From Bacteroidales bacterium (lineage in GTDB: Bacteria > Bacteroidota > Bacteroidia > Bacteroidales > WCHB1-69), in NCBI GenBank assembly GCA_031253655.1, contig JAIRVY010000148.1:2121-66120 (forward strand): a stretch of 64,000 bases of DNA, read 5' to 3'. Positions within the stretch are counted from its first letter, which is position 1. The number at the start of each line of letters is the position of its first letter. Below, in pieces: positions 8,501-19,251 of this stretch. A program made the translations under genes and the position numbers. The notes beneath the pieces were generated by a model. It had not been told where the DNA came from and did not search any database. It saw nothing but the letters and a program-made list of their open reading frames with translations.

Positions 8501-9148
8501 CTAAGCATATTTTACGATAATTGTTTTGATAATTTTTCCAACGTCTTCCGTTGCATCCGTGGCTTTCTCCAGTTCATGTAAAATATCTTTTAACTTCACA
8601 ACTTCTATACTGTCTTTTTCATTGGCAAACAAATCTCTTAGAAATAGTTCATAAATTTCGTCTGCTTGATTTTCAAGTTCGTGCAATTCGTTAACCAACC
8701 GGCTCATATTCTTCGCATTCTTCTTGATATTTTTTAATCCGGAAACGGCTTGCAGCACAATATCAGAGGCTTTATCCACAATTTGGGCAAGAGCAAGGGC
8801 GCTTTCCGGTAAATATTTCGGATGAAACAACACAATTTTTTTTGCGCAACTATTCATATAATCCATTACATCATCCAGCACATTTGCCAAATCATGAATA
8901 TCCTCTCTATCAAAAGGAGTAATAAAAGTGGAATTCAATTCATCGAAAATCTTCACTAAAGTAATGTCGCCTTTTTTCTCATACACCTTAATTTGCCTCG
9001 CAATTTCTACGACCTCTTCGTATTCTAAATTCTTCACACAATCGAGCATTAATATAGCTGCCTCTGCCGATACTTCTGCCATTTGCCTAAGAAGAACACA
9101 AAACTTGGGCTCCTTTGGCACAAACATTTTAAAAAACGAATTATTCAT
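8501..9148 (-). CDS. DUF47 / PhoU-like protein, second (orphan) paralog
   Basis: 215 aa, gap-free alignment to 3122..3769 with 38 mismatches by hand count (~82% identity). No adjacent PiT gene. Confidence 0.85.
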   Translation of the reverse strand: MNNSFFKMFVPKEPKFCVLLRQMAEVSAEAAILMLDCVKNLEYEEVVEIARQIKVYEKKGDITLVKIFDELNSTFITPFDREDIHDLANVLDDVMDYMNSCAKKIVLFHPKYLPESALALAQIVDKASDIVLQAVSGLKNIKKNAKNMSRLVNELHELENQADEIYELFLRDLFANEKDSIEVVKLKDILHELEKATDATEDVGKIIKTIIVKYA

Positions 9149-9217
9149 ACTTTTTGAATATTTTTTTAGGCGGCAAAGAAATGTTTTTTTACTTACAAAA
9201 AGGTGAATATAAAAAAA

Positions 9218-10624
9218 TCAAGACAATTCAAACTCTTCTTTAAATCTCGGAATTACAACATTTTGGAATCCATTTTCAGTCATCAGATTAGCAAACGACA
9301 CCAGAGCATCATCTTCCCCGTGAATTACAAAAAACTTTCGTACTTTTTCCGGGATTTGTGTGCTCAGATATTGTTGTAGTTCAAGATAATCTGCATGCCC
9401 GGAATAAGATTGAATATTTGCTAATTTAGCCCGCACCTTATATTTACTACCGAAAATGGAAACCTCCTTATCGCCGCGCATAATTTTTGCCCCCAATGTG
9501 GATGGTGCACAATATCCTACAGAAAGAACTGTTGTTCGCGGATTGTCAATATTATTTGCCAAATGGTGTTTTACCCGCCCCGCCTCCATCATCCCAGATG
9601 CAGAAATTATAATGCAGGGTCGATTGTAGGTATTTAATCGCTTTGAATCCTCAATCGTTCTCACATAGTGCAAATTATCGAACCCAAACGGGTCGGGGTT
9701 GGTAAGAATAAACTGCTGCATCTCTTCATTAAAACTTTCCGAATGTAATCTAAAAATACCGGTCGCAGAAACTGCCAACGGACTATCTACAAAAATATCA
9801 ATGGAGGGTAGATTTCCATTTGATTTTAATCGATGAAGCGCATACACAATCTCTTGAGCTCTTCCTATCGCAAATGCAGGAATAATAAGTTTACCCTTTC
9901 TTTTAGCACAGGCATCAAGCACAATCATCATCAATTCCTGTTCAGCATTTTCTACCGACTTGTGCAGGCGATTTCCATACGTTGATTCACACATTACGTA
10001 GTCTGCTTGAGGTAATGAGCTGGGGTCGGGTAATATTCGTTTATTGTAACGCCCCACATCACCGGTATAGAGCAATGTTTTTGTTTCATTATTTTCTACA
10101 AACGAAATATAAATGGAAGCGCCGCCGAGAATGTGTCCCGAATCGTAGAACTCAAAAGTTAAAGTAGGTGTTATTAAAAAAGGGGTCTTGTAGGGAACTG
10201 TAATAAAATGCCCTAAACAAGATATCGCATCTTGCATAGTGTAAAGCGGTTCCACAGGAGACATTTTCTGAAAGGCGAGTTTTTTATTGAATTGCGCAGT
10301 ATCTGTTTCCTGAATTTTTCCCGAATCGGGAAGCATAATCGCACACAAATCGCGGGTCGCCGGAGTACAAAAAACCTTTCCTTTAAATCCGTTTTTGTGA
10401 ATATATGGAATTAACCCCGAATGGTCAATATGGGCATGCGATAGTATAACAAAATCTATCTCATCCGGTTCAAAACTCAAATCGCGGTTCATAGCGTCTG
10501 TTTCCAATCCCTTCCCTTGATACATTCCACAATCAATCAAGATTTTAAGATTTTCATTTGTGGTTAATAAAAATTTACTTCCTGTAACCTCTCCGCCAGA
10601 TGCGCCGATACATTGAATTTTCAT
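9218..10624 (-). CDS. MBL-fold / beta-CASP metallo-hydrolase (RNA-metabolising type)
   Basis: HAHIDHSG motif near the N-terminus; 468 aa; layout consistent with a beta-CASP and C-terminal RNA-specificity region. Confidence 0.8.
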   Translation of the reverse strand: MKIQCIGASGGEVTGSKFLLTTNENLKILIDCGMYQGKGLETDAMNRDLSFEPDEIDFVILSHAHIDHSGLIPYIHKNGFKGKVFCTPATRDLCAIMLPDSGKIQETDTAQFNKKLAFQKMSPVEPLYTMQDAISCLGHFITVPYKTPFLITPTLTFEFYDSGHILGGASIYISFVENNETKTLLYTGDVGRYNKRILPDPSSLPQADYVMCESTYGNRLHKSVENAEQELMMIVLDACAKRKGKLIIPAFAIGRAQEIVYALHRLKSNGNLPSIDIFVDSPLAVSATGIFRLHSESFNEEMQQFILTNPDPFGFDNLHYVRTIEDSKRLNTYNRPCIIISASGMMEAGRVKHHLANNIDNPRTTVLSVGYCAPSTLGAKIMRGDKEVSIFGSKYKVRAKLANIQSYSGHADYLELQQYLSTQIPEKVRKFFVIHGEDDALVSFANLMTENGFQNVVIPRFKEEFELS

Positions 10625-10664
10625 ATATTATTATTTATCAAAATGATGCAACAAATTTTCTTAG

Positions 10665-13600
10665 CTATCTCGAAATCACCGCATCTATCCCAATCCCTTC
10701 AACAATTTCAAAGAAAAGTTTATCTGTTTTGTTAATTTCTCTAACAATATCAAATTTATTACACAGCGTTTCTGATTTGATATAATTTTCAAATCTGTGA
10801 AAAGCCTCGTCGGTTTCGGGGTGACTTTGAAGGGTAATGGAAATAGTATCTGTAACTTCTAAAGCGCTCTCTTTACGGTAGTTTTGGATACGATTTATTA
10901 ACTCGCGGACATAACCTTCCTCTTTCAATTCTTTGGTAATGGTAATATCTAACGCCACTGTTAATGCGCCCTGATTGGCAACCACCCAACCCGAAATATC
11001 TTCGGCAAAGATTTCTACATCAGTAAGAAGAATATCAACTTGCTCGTTGGCAATGTCAAGTATAATATGCTCCTCTTTTTCAATTTGTGCAATATCTTTT
11101 TGGGTAAATTCAGCCACTTTTGCAGCAATAGTTTTCATTATTTTTCCATATTTGGGTCCTAATGTTTTGAAATTGGGTTTTATTTTTTTAACCAAAATAC
11201 CCTCGCTGTCTTCCACAAATTGAATCTCTTTTACATTTACTTCATGTAAAATAAGCGGTTTTACTTTTTCTATCTGTGTAACAAAGTTTGAGGTTTCCAT
11301 CACCGGAATCATAATTTTTTGTAATGGCTGGCGTACCCGAATGTTCGATTTTTTACGCAATGAAAGTACCATAGAGCAGATTTGTTGCGCCAACTGCATT
11401 CTTTCTTCCAATGGTTTGTCTATCAGTATTTCATCCGCTTTTGGAAAATCGGAGAGATGAATGGATTCTACGTTTTCTTTTTGAGTAACCTTGTTTAAAT
11501 CTAAAAACAGTTTATCCATAAAAAACGGTGCAATGGGAGATGCCAACTTTGCGATGGTTACCATACAAGTGTAAAGCGTTTGAAACGCCGAGATTTTATC
11601 ATCAGTGTAATCGCCTTTCCAAAATCTTCTACGGCAAAGCCTTACATACCAGTTGCTCAAATATTCATCTACAAATTGTTGAATATCTCGACCGGCTTTT
11701 GTCGGTTCATAATCCGCGTAATTGGCATCGCTGTTTTTTATCAATGTATTAAGTTCCGATAAAATCCAGCGGTCAATTTCGGGGCGATTTGCCATGGTAA
11801 TTTCCCGTTCTTTGTATGTAAATTTGTCAATATTAGCATACAAAGCAAAGAAATTGTAGGTATTGTAAAGTGTTCCGAAGAATTTGCGTTGCACCTCTTT
11901 AATCCCTTCTTCATCAAATTTTAGGTTATCCCAGGGTTGTGCATTGGTAAGCATATACCAGCGGGTAGCGTCTGCTCCGTACTTTTCAATCGTATCAAAC
12001 GGGTCAACGGCATTACCCAACCGTTTCGACATTTTATTTCCCTCTTTGTCTAACACCAGCCCATTAGAGACCACTGTTTTAAACGCCACGTTGTTGAACA
12101 GCATAGTGGCGATAGCGTGTAAGGTAAAAAACCAGCCGCGGGTTTGGTCAACGCCCTCAGCAATGAAATCGGCGGGAAATTTTTTATCAAAAAGTTCCTT
12201 GTTTTCAAAGGGATAGTGCCATTGGCAATAAGGCATCGCACCGCTGTCGAACCAAACATCAATTAGATCCAACTCGCGTGTCATTTTTTTGCCGCTTGGG
12301 GAAACCAAAAATATTTCGTCCACGTAAGGTCTGTGAATATCAATCTTTCCGTAGTTTTCTTTACTAAAATCGTTGGGAACAAAATCTTTATAAGGATTTT
12401 CTTTCATTATTCCGGCTGTTGTCGCTTTTTCCATTTCGTGGTAAAGTTGCTCAATAGAGCCGATGCAAATTTGTTCTTTTTTGTCTTCGGTGGTCCATAT
12501 TGGAAGCGGGACGCCCCAAAAGCGAGTGCGCGACAAGTTCCAATCCACCAAATTTTCGAGCCAGTTTCCGAAACGTCCCGAGCCTGTTGCCGCCGGTTTC
12601 CACAAAATAGTTTCATTCAATTCCATCATTCGCTTTTTATAATCGGTGGTTTTAATAAACCAGGAATCCATCGGATAGTACAACACGGGCTTGTCGGTGC
12701 GCCAACAATGCGGATAATTGTGCGTATATTTCTCAATTTTAAACGCTTTGCCATGCTGTTTCAACCAAATTGCCAACTCCACATCTAATGTATCCTCATG
12801 TTTTTCATCCCCTTTTTCATAATCGTATTTGACAAATCTTCCTTCAACGGTTTTATACAAATCAATATTAACGCACTCATTTACAAACGTTTCATTCAAT
12901 TCTTCTATGCGGTAGAATTTTCCGGTTTTATCTACCATAGGTTGCCGATTTCCCAGTCTGTCAATCATAACCAACGGTGGAACTCCGGCTTCTTGCGCCA
13001 CGCGCTTGTCGTCGGCACCAAAAGTGGGGGCAATGTGTACAATTCCGGTGCCATCGCCGGTGGTAACGTAGTCGCCAACAATAACTCTAAAAGCACTTTC
13101 GCCCGGATTTACGTACGGGATAAGTTGTTCATACTCCAATCCTGTCAATTTTTCGCCGGTAGATTCTGCTAAAACTCTAAACGGAATATTCTTATCACCT
13201 TGTTTATAATTCTCAAAAGCCAACTCTGCATTTTTCTCAGGAAAAAAAGTGTGGAGCAGATTTTTAGCCAAAATTACCTGAATTTTATTTCCGGAATAAG
13301 AATTATAGGTCTCTACTAACAGATATTCAATCTTTTGTCCTACCGCCAACGCTGTATTGGAGGGCAATGTCCACGGAGTAGTTGTCCAAGCCAACATGTA
13401 AAGATTCTCAGGAATGGGGCAATCAGCAGGAAGATTAAAGGGGTAGGTTTTCAGGTTGGGTTGTTTTGTTTTCACTTTAAACTGCGCCACTACGGTAGTG
13501 TCTTTCACTTCTTTATAACATCCGGGCAGGTTCAGTTCGTGGGAACTCAGTCCGGTCCCTGCTGCAGGCGAATAAGGCTGAATAGTATAGCCCTTATATA

Positions 13601-14117
13601 ACAATCCTTTCTTGTATAATTCAGACAACAAATACCATACGGATTCAATATATTTATTATCAAAAGTGATATAGGGGTCGTTTAAATCCACCCAAAAGCC
13701 CATTCTTTTGGTAATGTCATCCCACAAATCCTTGTATTTCATCACCTCTTTTCGACAGGCATGATTGTACTCTTCCACCGATATTTTTTTGCCTATATCC
13801 TCTTTCGTAATTCCCAAAGTTTTTTCTACACCCAATTCAATGGGGAGACCGTGTGTATCCCAGCCACCTTTGCGTCCCACATACCTTCCTTTCAGGGTTT
13901 GGTAACGACAAAACAAATCTTTAATGGCACGCGCCATAACGTGGTGAATACCAGGCATTCCGTTAGCAGAGGGAGGTCCTTCATAGAAAACATATTCGGG
14001 ATTACCTTGGCGGGAGGTCAAACTTTTTTCAAAAATTTCATTTTTCTCCCAGTATTCTTTGATTTCTTTACCAATGAGCGAGAGATTAAGTATTTTGTAT
14101 TCAGCATATTTATTCAT
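10665..14117 (-). CDS. ileS: Isoleucine--tRNA ligase (long, type 2 form)
   Basis: PSANGMPGIHH (HIGH region), KMSKRLGN (KMSKS), CP1 editing region, 1150 aa. Confidence 0.95.
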   Translation of the reverse strand: MNKYAEYKILNLSLIGKEIKEYWEKNEIFEKSLTSRQGNPEYVFYEGPPSANGMPGIHHVMARAIKDLFCRYQTLKGRYVGRKGGWDTHGLPIELGVEKTLGITKEDIGKKISVEEYNHACRKEVMKYKDLWDDITKRMGFWVDLNDPYITFDNKYIESVWYLLSELYKKGLLYKGYTIQPYSPAAGTGLSSHELNLPGCYKEVKDTTVVAQFKVKTKQPNLKTYPFNLPADCPIPENLYMLAWTTTPWTLPSNTALAVGQKIEYLLVETYNSYSGNKIQVILAKNLLHTFFPEKNAELAFENYKQGDKNIPFRVLAESTGEKLTGLEYEQLIPYVNPGESAFRVIVGDYVTTGDGTGIVHIAPTFGADDKRVAQEAGVPPLVMIDRLGNRQPMVDKTGKFYRIEELNETFVNECVNIDLYKTVEGRFVKYDYEKGDEKHEDTLDVELAIWLKQHGKAFKIEKYTHNYPHCWRTDKPVLYYPMDSWFIKTTDYKKRMMELNETILWKPAATGSGRFGNWLENLVDWNLSRTRFWGVPLPIWTTEDKKEQICIGSIEQLYHEMEKATTAGIMKENPYKDFVPNDFSKENYGKIDIHRPYVDEIFLVSPSGKKMTRELDLIDVWFDSGAMPYCQWHYPFENKELFDKKFPADFIAEGVDQTRGWFFTLHAIATMLFNNVAFKTVVSNGLVLDKEGNKMSKRLGNAVDPFDTIEKYGADATRWYMLTNAQPWDNLKFDEEGIKEVQRKFFGTLYNTYNFFALYANIDKFTYKEREITMANRPEIDRWILSELNTLIKNSDANYADYEPTKAGRDIQQFVDEYLSNWYVRLCRRRFWKGDYTDDKISAFQTLYTCMVTIAKLASPIAPFFMDKLFLDLNKVTQKENVESIHLSDFPKADEILIDKPLEERMQLAQQICSMVLSLRKKSNIRVRQPLQKIMIPVMETSNFVTQIEKVKPLILHEVNVKEIQFVEDSEGILVKKIKPNFKTLGPKYGKIMKTIAAKVAEFTQKDIAQIEKEEHIILDIANEQVDILLTDVEIFAEDISGWVVANQGALTVALDITITKELKEEGYVRELINRIQNYRKESALEVTDTISITLQSHPETDEAFHRFENYIKSETLCNKFDIVREINKTDKLFFEIVEGIGIDAVISR

Positions 14118-14160
14118 AGAATGTGGCGTTTTTTAAAGATGCGAAAATAGGTAATTTTTT

Positions 14161-15801
14161 TTACTCATTTTTGCAACCTCTAAACATCCTTTTCCAGCGG
14201 ATTTTTCCTTCGCCAAAAGATTTATACTTATCTAAGGATAGCCAAACGAACCATACTTTTCCCGACACGTGGTCTTCCGGAACAAAACCCCAAACACGTG
14301 AATCTGAAGAATTATGGCGGTTGTCGCCCATCATAAAGTAGTAATTTTGAGCAAAAGTATATTCGGTAGTGGGTTTGTTGTCAATCAATATTTGTCCATT
14401 AATTATTTGTAAATCATGGAGTTCGTAATTACGAATAATTTTCTCGTAAAGAACAATCGTAGAGTCATTTAATTCAACAGTAGCCCCCTTTTGAGGAATT
14501 GTAATCGGCCCGAAATTATCTTTATTCCAATTATATCTACTATCGTGAGGAAAAATGCTTAAATCTTGTTCTCCTATCTTTTCCACATTTTTCTCCACAA
14601 TGAATCCCATTTTTTCAATTTTCTCTTTTTGAGCATTATTTAATGAGTAATCGGTGGTAGTACTCGATATTTTCCACATATCATCTTCATTAATATTTAG
14701 CGCCTTTCTTTTTTTTGAGTTAATTCCAATGCCGTTTGTATCGGTAACGCAATAAATATATTGGATTCTAAGAGGGTTTTGCATCGGTTCATCATCTATA
14801 TATATTTGTGTATTAATAATCTCAAACTTATCTCCGGGTAATCCTATAGCTCTTTTCACAAAAAATTCCCGTTTATCCACCGGCCTAGCGGTTACATGAT
14901 ATTCTTTTTTAACTACCTCCCTTCCTTTACCCATATAATAGGGTCCCGGATGTCTGGATGAAAAATAGTTAACACCTTCCATAGAATACTTATTCGCAAC
15001 TTTCATCAACTCTTTTCTCGGCGCGTTGGGGTTGAGCATAGTTTCAAACTCTCTTACAATGGCGTAATAACTCTCTGCTTGTCGTTCCAACACTACGGTA
15101 TCTCCATCTGAATAATTAAAAACTACTGCGTTTCCTCTTTCAACGTTATGAATCTTCGGAAATCGCAAATAAGGCAATTTCACCCATTCTACATAAGCCT
15201 TTGTGAATTTTGTGAGTGGGATGGAATGATGCACAAACGGTATTGCCAAAGGAGTGTTAGGAATTCGTGCGCCGTAAGTTACTTTGTTCACAGCTAGATA
15301 ATCACCCACCATCAACGAACTCTCCATAGATGAAGTGGGAATAGTGTATAATTCAAACAGAAAACTGCGTAGGATATAGGCGGCAGCTACTGCGAAAATC
15401 AGAGCGTCCATCCAGTCGCGTGCTGGGCTTTTCTTAAATTTCGGGAGTTTTTCAAAAGTGGTGTATTTCTCTTTTTTTGAAATTCCAAACCAGGGTAACG
15501 AGATAAAAAAGAAGAAAGTACCGGGGATTAGATACAGATAACTTGTTTTTCCAAACAGCCTGATTGTTTTCCATATCATTAAGAAAAACATAAAAAAACC
15601 TAAAAAGGGAAAGAGTATAACAAACAACCACCATTTAGGACGGGATAATATTTCTAACCAAATCCAACAATTATAAATAGGGATGAGTGATTTCCACGGT
15701 TTTTCTCCTGCTTTTTTGAATATATACCATAATCCTAACTGAAAGCCTATTACTGATATAATTGTTATTACAATCAACGAATTTGGGGTAAAAGAGAGCA
15801 T
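14161..15801 (-). CDS. lepB: Signal peptidase I with N-terminal multi-TM extension
   Basis: TIPTSSMESSLMVGDYL (catalytic Ser box), VKRAIGLPGD (Lys box), GDNRHNSSDSRVWGFV. Confidence 0.9.
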   Translation of the reverse strand: MLSFTPNSLIVITIISVIGFQLGLWYIFKKAGEKPWKSLIPIYNCWIWLEILSRPKWWLFVILFPFLGFFMFFLMIWKTIRLFGKTSYLYLIPGTFFFFISLPWFGISKKEKYTTFEKLPKFKKSPARDWMDALIFAVAAAYILRSFLFELYTIPTSSMESSLMVGDYLAVNKVTYGARIPNTPLAIPFVHHSIPLTKFTKAYVEWVKLPYLRFPKIHNVERGNAVVFNYSDGDTVVLERQAESYYAIVREFETMLNPNAPRKELMKVANKYSMEGVNYFSSRHPGPYYMGKGREVVKKEYHVTARPVDKREFFVKRAIGLPGDKFEIINTQIYIDDEPMQNPLRIQYIYCVTDTNGIGINSKKRKALNINEDDMWKISSTTTDYSLNNAQKEKIEKMGFIVEKNVEKIGEQDLSIFPHDSRYNWNKDNFGPITIPQKGATVELNDSTIVLYEKIIRNYELHDLQIINGQILIDNKPTTEYTFAQNYYFMMGDNRHNSSDSRVWGFVPEDHVSGKVWFVWLSLDKYKSFGEGKIRWKRMFRGCKNE

Positions 15802-15858
15802 ATTTATTGTTTTAAGATAAGGAAACGAAATTATTATCTGAAAAGTATAGTTGGTTCA

Positions 15859-17199
15859 TTAAAACTTAAACTGCATCCTGCATGTGAAAACACCTTCTTC
15901 TACATGTCTTTGATAATTGGCAACATGAATTTTTCCGGAAGATGGTTTTTCAGGAACGGGAATAGCATTTTTTGTAGAATTGAAAGGCAACTCGTAAAAA
16001 CAGAGTAAATGTAAGTAAGATGTAAATTTCACAAGAAATCCTGCGCCAAAGTAGTGATAAGGTAAATCTACCATGTTTGTGATGTTACTACCATTTAGTT
16101 GTGTATTTGGATTCAAAAAAGCATATTTTAATACGAAAGTAAGAGGCGTTTTGTATATATCCTGTACAAAATAAGTGTGTAAGCCCCAAAATTTACGAAG
16201 ATAATTAAATGGTGTATCTCCAAATTGCATAAATCCGGATTTAGGCGAACTAAAGTCATTTTCTGTAGAGGGTTGTGTTCCAAACAATACCTCACTGCGC
16301 AAGTTTGTAATTCCCCATGAAGTTTGAACTGAGAAGTTCGCGTCTAAACCATAGTATTGTCGAATATTTTTTTGAAAATTGGGAACATTTTCTCCAACCC
16401 ATTTTTTTTCCTGTGAGGCAACTCGTTTAACTTCATAAATCACAGAATCAGTGTTTCTTACTGTTCCATAATACATAGAAGCACCTATACCAAAAGTATA
16501 GTTTTTCCATTTTTTATTGTATTTCAACTGCCCAATAAAGTCCATTTTTCCGTTGTCGGGTAATGTAATTCCGTTTCCGCAGAAGGTGCCGGCTTCCAAT
16601 TTAAGTCCGTCCGGTTTTGAGCCTTTTGGCGAGGCAAGCGTTATCATAGCACCTAGATCTCTTTCATCAGGGAACAGTTTTTGGAATAAAACAGTTCTCT
16701 CGGGACTTTCCCTGCGGGAGGAGGAGTAGGAAATTTCGTCTCCAAAAGGCCGGTTAAAGATGCCTACAGTTAATGATGCCACCTTAAATCTTGACTCAGC
16801 TACTTTGAAATAGAGGTCTTTAATTATGATTCCTTTTTCGGTTAGGTCTAACTGAAAAGTTGCATTATACCAGTTTTCTTCATAAGAAATCTTGATGCGT
16901 CCTCGTCTAATACCAAAACGAAAAAAATCTCCTGATTTCCCATCTCTATCTTTATGATACGACGTTGATTTTCCTACTTTTGTTGTTGTAAACTCCTGCC
17001 CTACTTCAAATTGTCCTTGAATGTAGCCGGAAATCTTTAACTTTTGAAGTTTCTTAATTTGGATAAGGTTCTTATCTACGTCTTCTTTTATTTGGGATAA
17101 TTCTACCCTTAAAGAAATTGTGTCGGTTTGGGCAGAAAGAGGTTGAAAGCAGAAGAGCAGAAAAGCAGAAAGGCAAAAAGGCAAAAACTTAAAGTTCAT
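15859..17199 (-). CDS. Outer-membrane beta-barrel porin (porin O/P-like)
   Basis: Signal peptide, N-terminal coiled-coil segment, alternating beta-strand pattern, C-terminal ...RMQFKF. Confidence 0.5.
   Translation of the reverse strand: MNFKFLPFCLSAFLLFCFQPLSAQTDTISLRVELSQIKEDVDKNLIQIKKLQKLKISGYIQGQFEVGQEFTTTKVGKSTSYHKDRDGKSGDFFRFGIRRGRIKISYEENWYNATFQLDLTEKGIIIKDLYFKVAESRFKVASLTVGIFNRPFGDEISYSSSRRESPERTVLFQKLFPDERDLGAMITLASPKGSKPDGLKLEAGTFCGNGITLPDNGKMDFIGQLKYNKKWKNYTFGIGASMYYGTVRNTDSVIYEVKRVASQEKKWVGENVPNFQKNIRQYYGLDANFSVQTSWGITNLRSEVLFGTQPSTENDFSSPKSGFMQFGDTPFNYLRKFWGLHTYFVQDIYKTPLTFVLKYAFLNPNTQLNGSNITNMVDLPYHYFGAGFLVKFTSYLHLLCFYELPFNSTKNAIPVPEKPSSGKIHVANYQRHVEEGVFTCRMQFKF
17132..17188. 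repeat. Imperfect octamer tandem array GCAGAAAN, encoding the porin signal peptide on the - strand
   Basis: Five consecutive 8-mers at 17149-17188 (gcagaaga gcagaaaa gcagaaag gcaaaaag gcaaaaac), plus gcagaaag at 17132-17139. Confidence 0.8.
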
Positions 17200-17207
17200 A
17201 AATCTTA

Positions 17208-18833
17208 TTACAGTTTCGGACCAAACTCCCTCAGGCGTTTTCCTTCATCGGTATCAGTGAATTTTTCAAAGTTTTTTACGAAAAATTCAGCTACTTTGTT
17301 CACATTTTCTTTGAAAGCATCTTTATCTTTCCAGCTGTTTTCGGGATTTAATACCGCAGTATCCACACCATTAATTTCTTTTGGTATATTTAGCATAAAC
17401 GGTTTTACCAATACTTTTTCACAGTTCACCAACTCGCCATTTAATATGGCTGAGATGATAGTTCTCGTATCTTTTATGGAGATCCGTTTTCCGCCGGTGT
17501 TAAAACCACCGCCAATCCAGCCGGTATTTACCAAATAACAGGTAGAGTTGTGCGCTTCAATTTTTTTGGCAAACACTTCTGCGTATTTCGTGGGGTGCAA
17601 CATCAAGAATGCCGCTCCGAAACAGGAAGAAAATGTGGGTGTAGGTTCTTTAATACCGCGCTCTGTTCCTGCTAATTTTGCTGTATAGCCGCTTAGAAAA
17701 TAATACATTGCCTGGTCTTTCGACAAAATGGAAACCGGAGGTAAAACACCGAAAGCATCTGCCGTTAAAAAGATCACCTTACTGGGGTGATTGCCTTTCG
17801 ATTCCGGTTTTACAATATTATCAATATGATAAATAGGATAAGAAACACGGGTATTTTCGGTTTTCGTCTGTGAAGCAAAATCAATATTTCCTTCTTCGTC
17901 AATTACCAAATTCTCTAAAAGAGCATCTCTTTTAATGGCGTTGTAGATATCGGGTTCGTTTTCTTTGCTTAAGTTAATGCACTTGGCATAGCAACCACCT
18001 TCGTAGTTAAAGATTCCGTTGTTGTCCCAGCCGTGCTCGTCATCGCCTATCAATGCTCGGTTCGGGTCGGCGGAAAGGGTAGTTTTTCCGGTTCCGGATA
18101 ATCCGAAGAAAATAGCCGTATTGCCGTCTTTTCCTTGATTGGCAGAGCAGTGCATAGAAGCAATTCCTTTAAGCGGGAGGAAATAGTTCATTACAGAGAA
18201 GATACCTTTCTTCATTTCACCGCCGTACCAGGAACCACCGATAAGCGCCATTTTTTCTGTAAGATTGAAAGCAATAAACACTTCGCTATTGAGATTCCAC
18301 TCTTTCCAATTCGGGTTAGTAGTTTTACAACTGTTGAAAACAACAAAATCGGGAGTAAAGTTTTCTAACTCTTTCTCTGTGGGGCGAATGAACATATTTT
18401 TTACAAAATGTGCTTGCCAAGCCACTTCGGTTACAAAGCGAACTTTCATTCGGGTGTCGGGGTTAACGCCTGCAAACAGATCCATTACATAAATATTTTT
18501 ATTGCTTAACTGCCCTTGGCTCAATTTTTTAAGTTCTTTCCATTGTTCAATGGCGAGTGGTTTATTATCCGGTGATTTCTTTACCGGATCGTGCCACCAA
18601 ACGTTGTTTCTGGTTTCATCATCCACCACAACATATTTATCTTTTGGAGAACGGCCAGTAAAGATTCCGGTATCCACCGTTAATGCACCCGATTTTGTAT
18701 GATAGGCACGTTCAAAGCCGGTCAGCTCGGGATTAGTTTCATGTTTATACAATTCTTCATAAGATAAATTGTAAAAAATTTGTTTCGAATTGGTAATTCC
18801 GATAGCATTTAATTGTTTTGCAATGTTTTCCAT
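17208..18833 (-). CDS. pckA: Phosphoenolpyruvate carboxykinase (ATP)
   Basis: [16 protein letters not shown] kinase-1a loop; 541 aa; end-to-end resemblance to ATP-PEPCK. Confidence 0.95.
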   Translation of the reverse strand: MENIAKQLNAIGITNSKQIFYNLSYEELYKHETNPELTGFERAYHTKSGALTVDTGIFTGRSPKDKYVVVDDETRNNVWWHDPVKKSPDNKPLAIEQWKELKKLSQGQLSNKNIYVMDLFAGVNPDTRMKVRFVTEVAWQAHFVKNMFIRPTEKELENFTPDFVVFNSCKTTNPNWKEWNLNSEVFIAFNLTEKMALIGGSWYGGEMKKGIFSVMNYFLPLKGIASMHCSANQGKDGNTAIFFGLSGTGKTTLSADPNRALIGDDEHGWDNNGIFNYEGGCYAKCINLSKENEPDIYNAIKRDALLENLVIDEEGNIDFASQTKTENTRVSYPIYHIDNIVKPESKGNHPSKVIFLTADAFGVLPPVSILSKDQAMYYFLSGYTAKLAGTERGIKEPTPTFSSCFGAAFLMLHPTKYAEVFAKKIEAHNSTCYLVNTGWIGGGFNTGGKRISIKDTRTIISAILNGELVNCEKVLVKPFMLNIPKEINGVDTAVLNPENSWKDKDAFKENVNKVAEFFVKNFEKFTDTDEGKRLREFGPKL

Positions 18834-19251
18834 ACTTACATTAATTTATTGATTATTATTATATTAAAGTTAATTATTAAGTTAAAAAAAAAGTTTGCGA
18901 ATATTCATAAATTATTCGAATAACGGATAGTTTTCAAAAATAAATATTTCAATTGCATTTAATAATGTTTCCCCATTAATTCTAAACTCCCTTGAAACTC
19001 TCGCCCTTTTAATTGATTTTTCATTTTTTACAATTTTCGATTTTCAGAATAGAAACCAATTATGGATAGTTGTACAACCATACGTGTTAACAATGAGTGG
19101 ATTAAAGTAATAAAGCCGTGAATAAGATTGTTTATTGCAGAGAGATTGTTATCTCAAATAAATGAATTTGTACCATAAAAACGTGTGTTATGTTATTTGA
19201 AAAACATTTTTTGAATTATTACGTTTATTAATCTGAAATAATATAATATTG

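Noticed and set aside
10975-14150. Many 60-150 aa ORFs antisense to or out of frame with ileS, for example 12333..12788 and 13761..14150.
   Set aside because: ileS is continuous and motif-supported over the whole interval, and these ORFs have no signal of their own.
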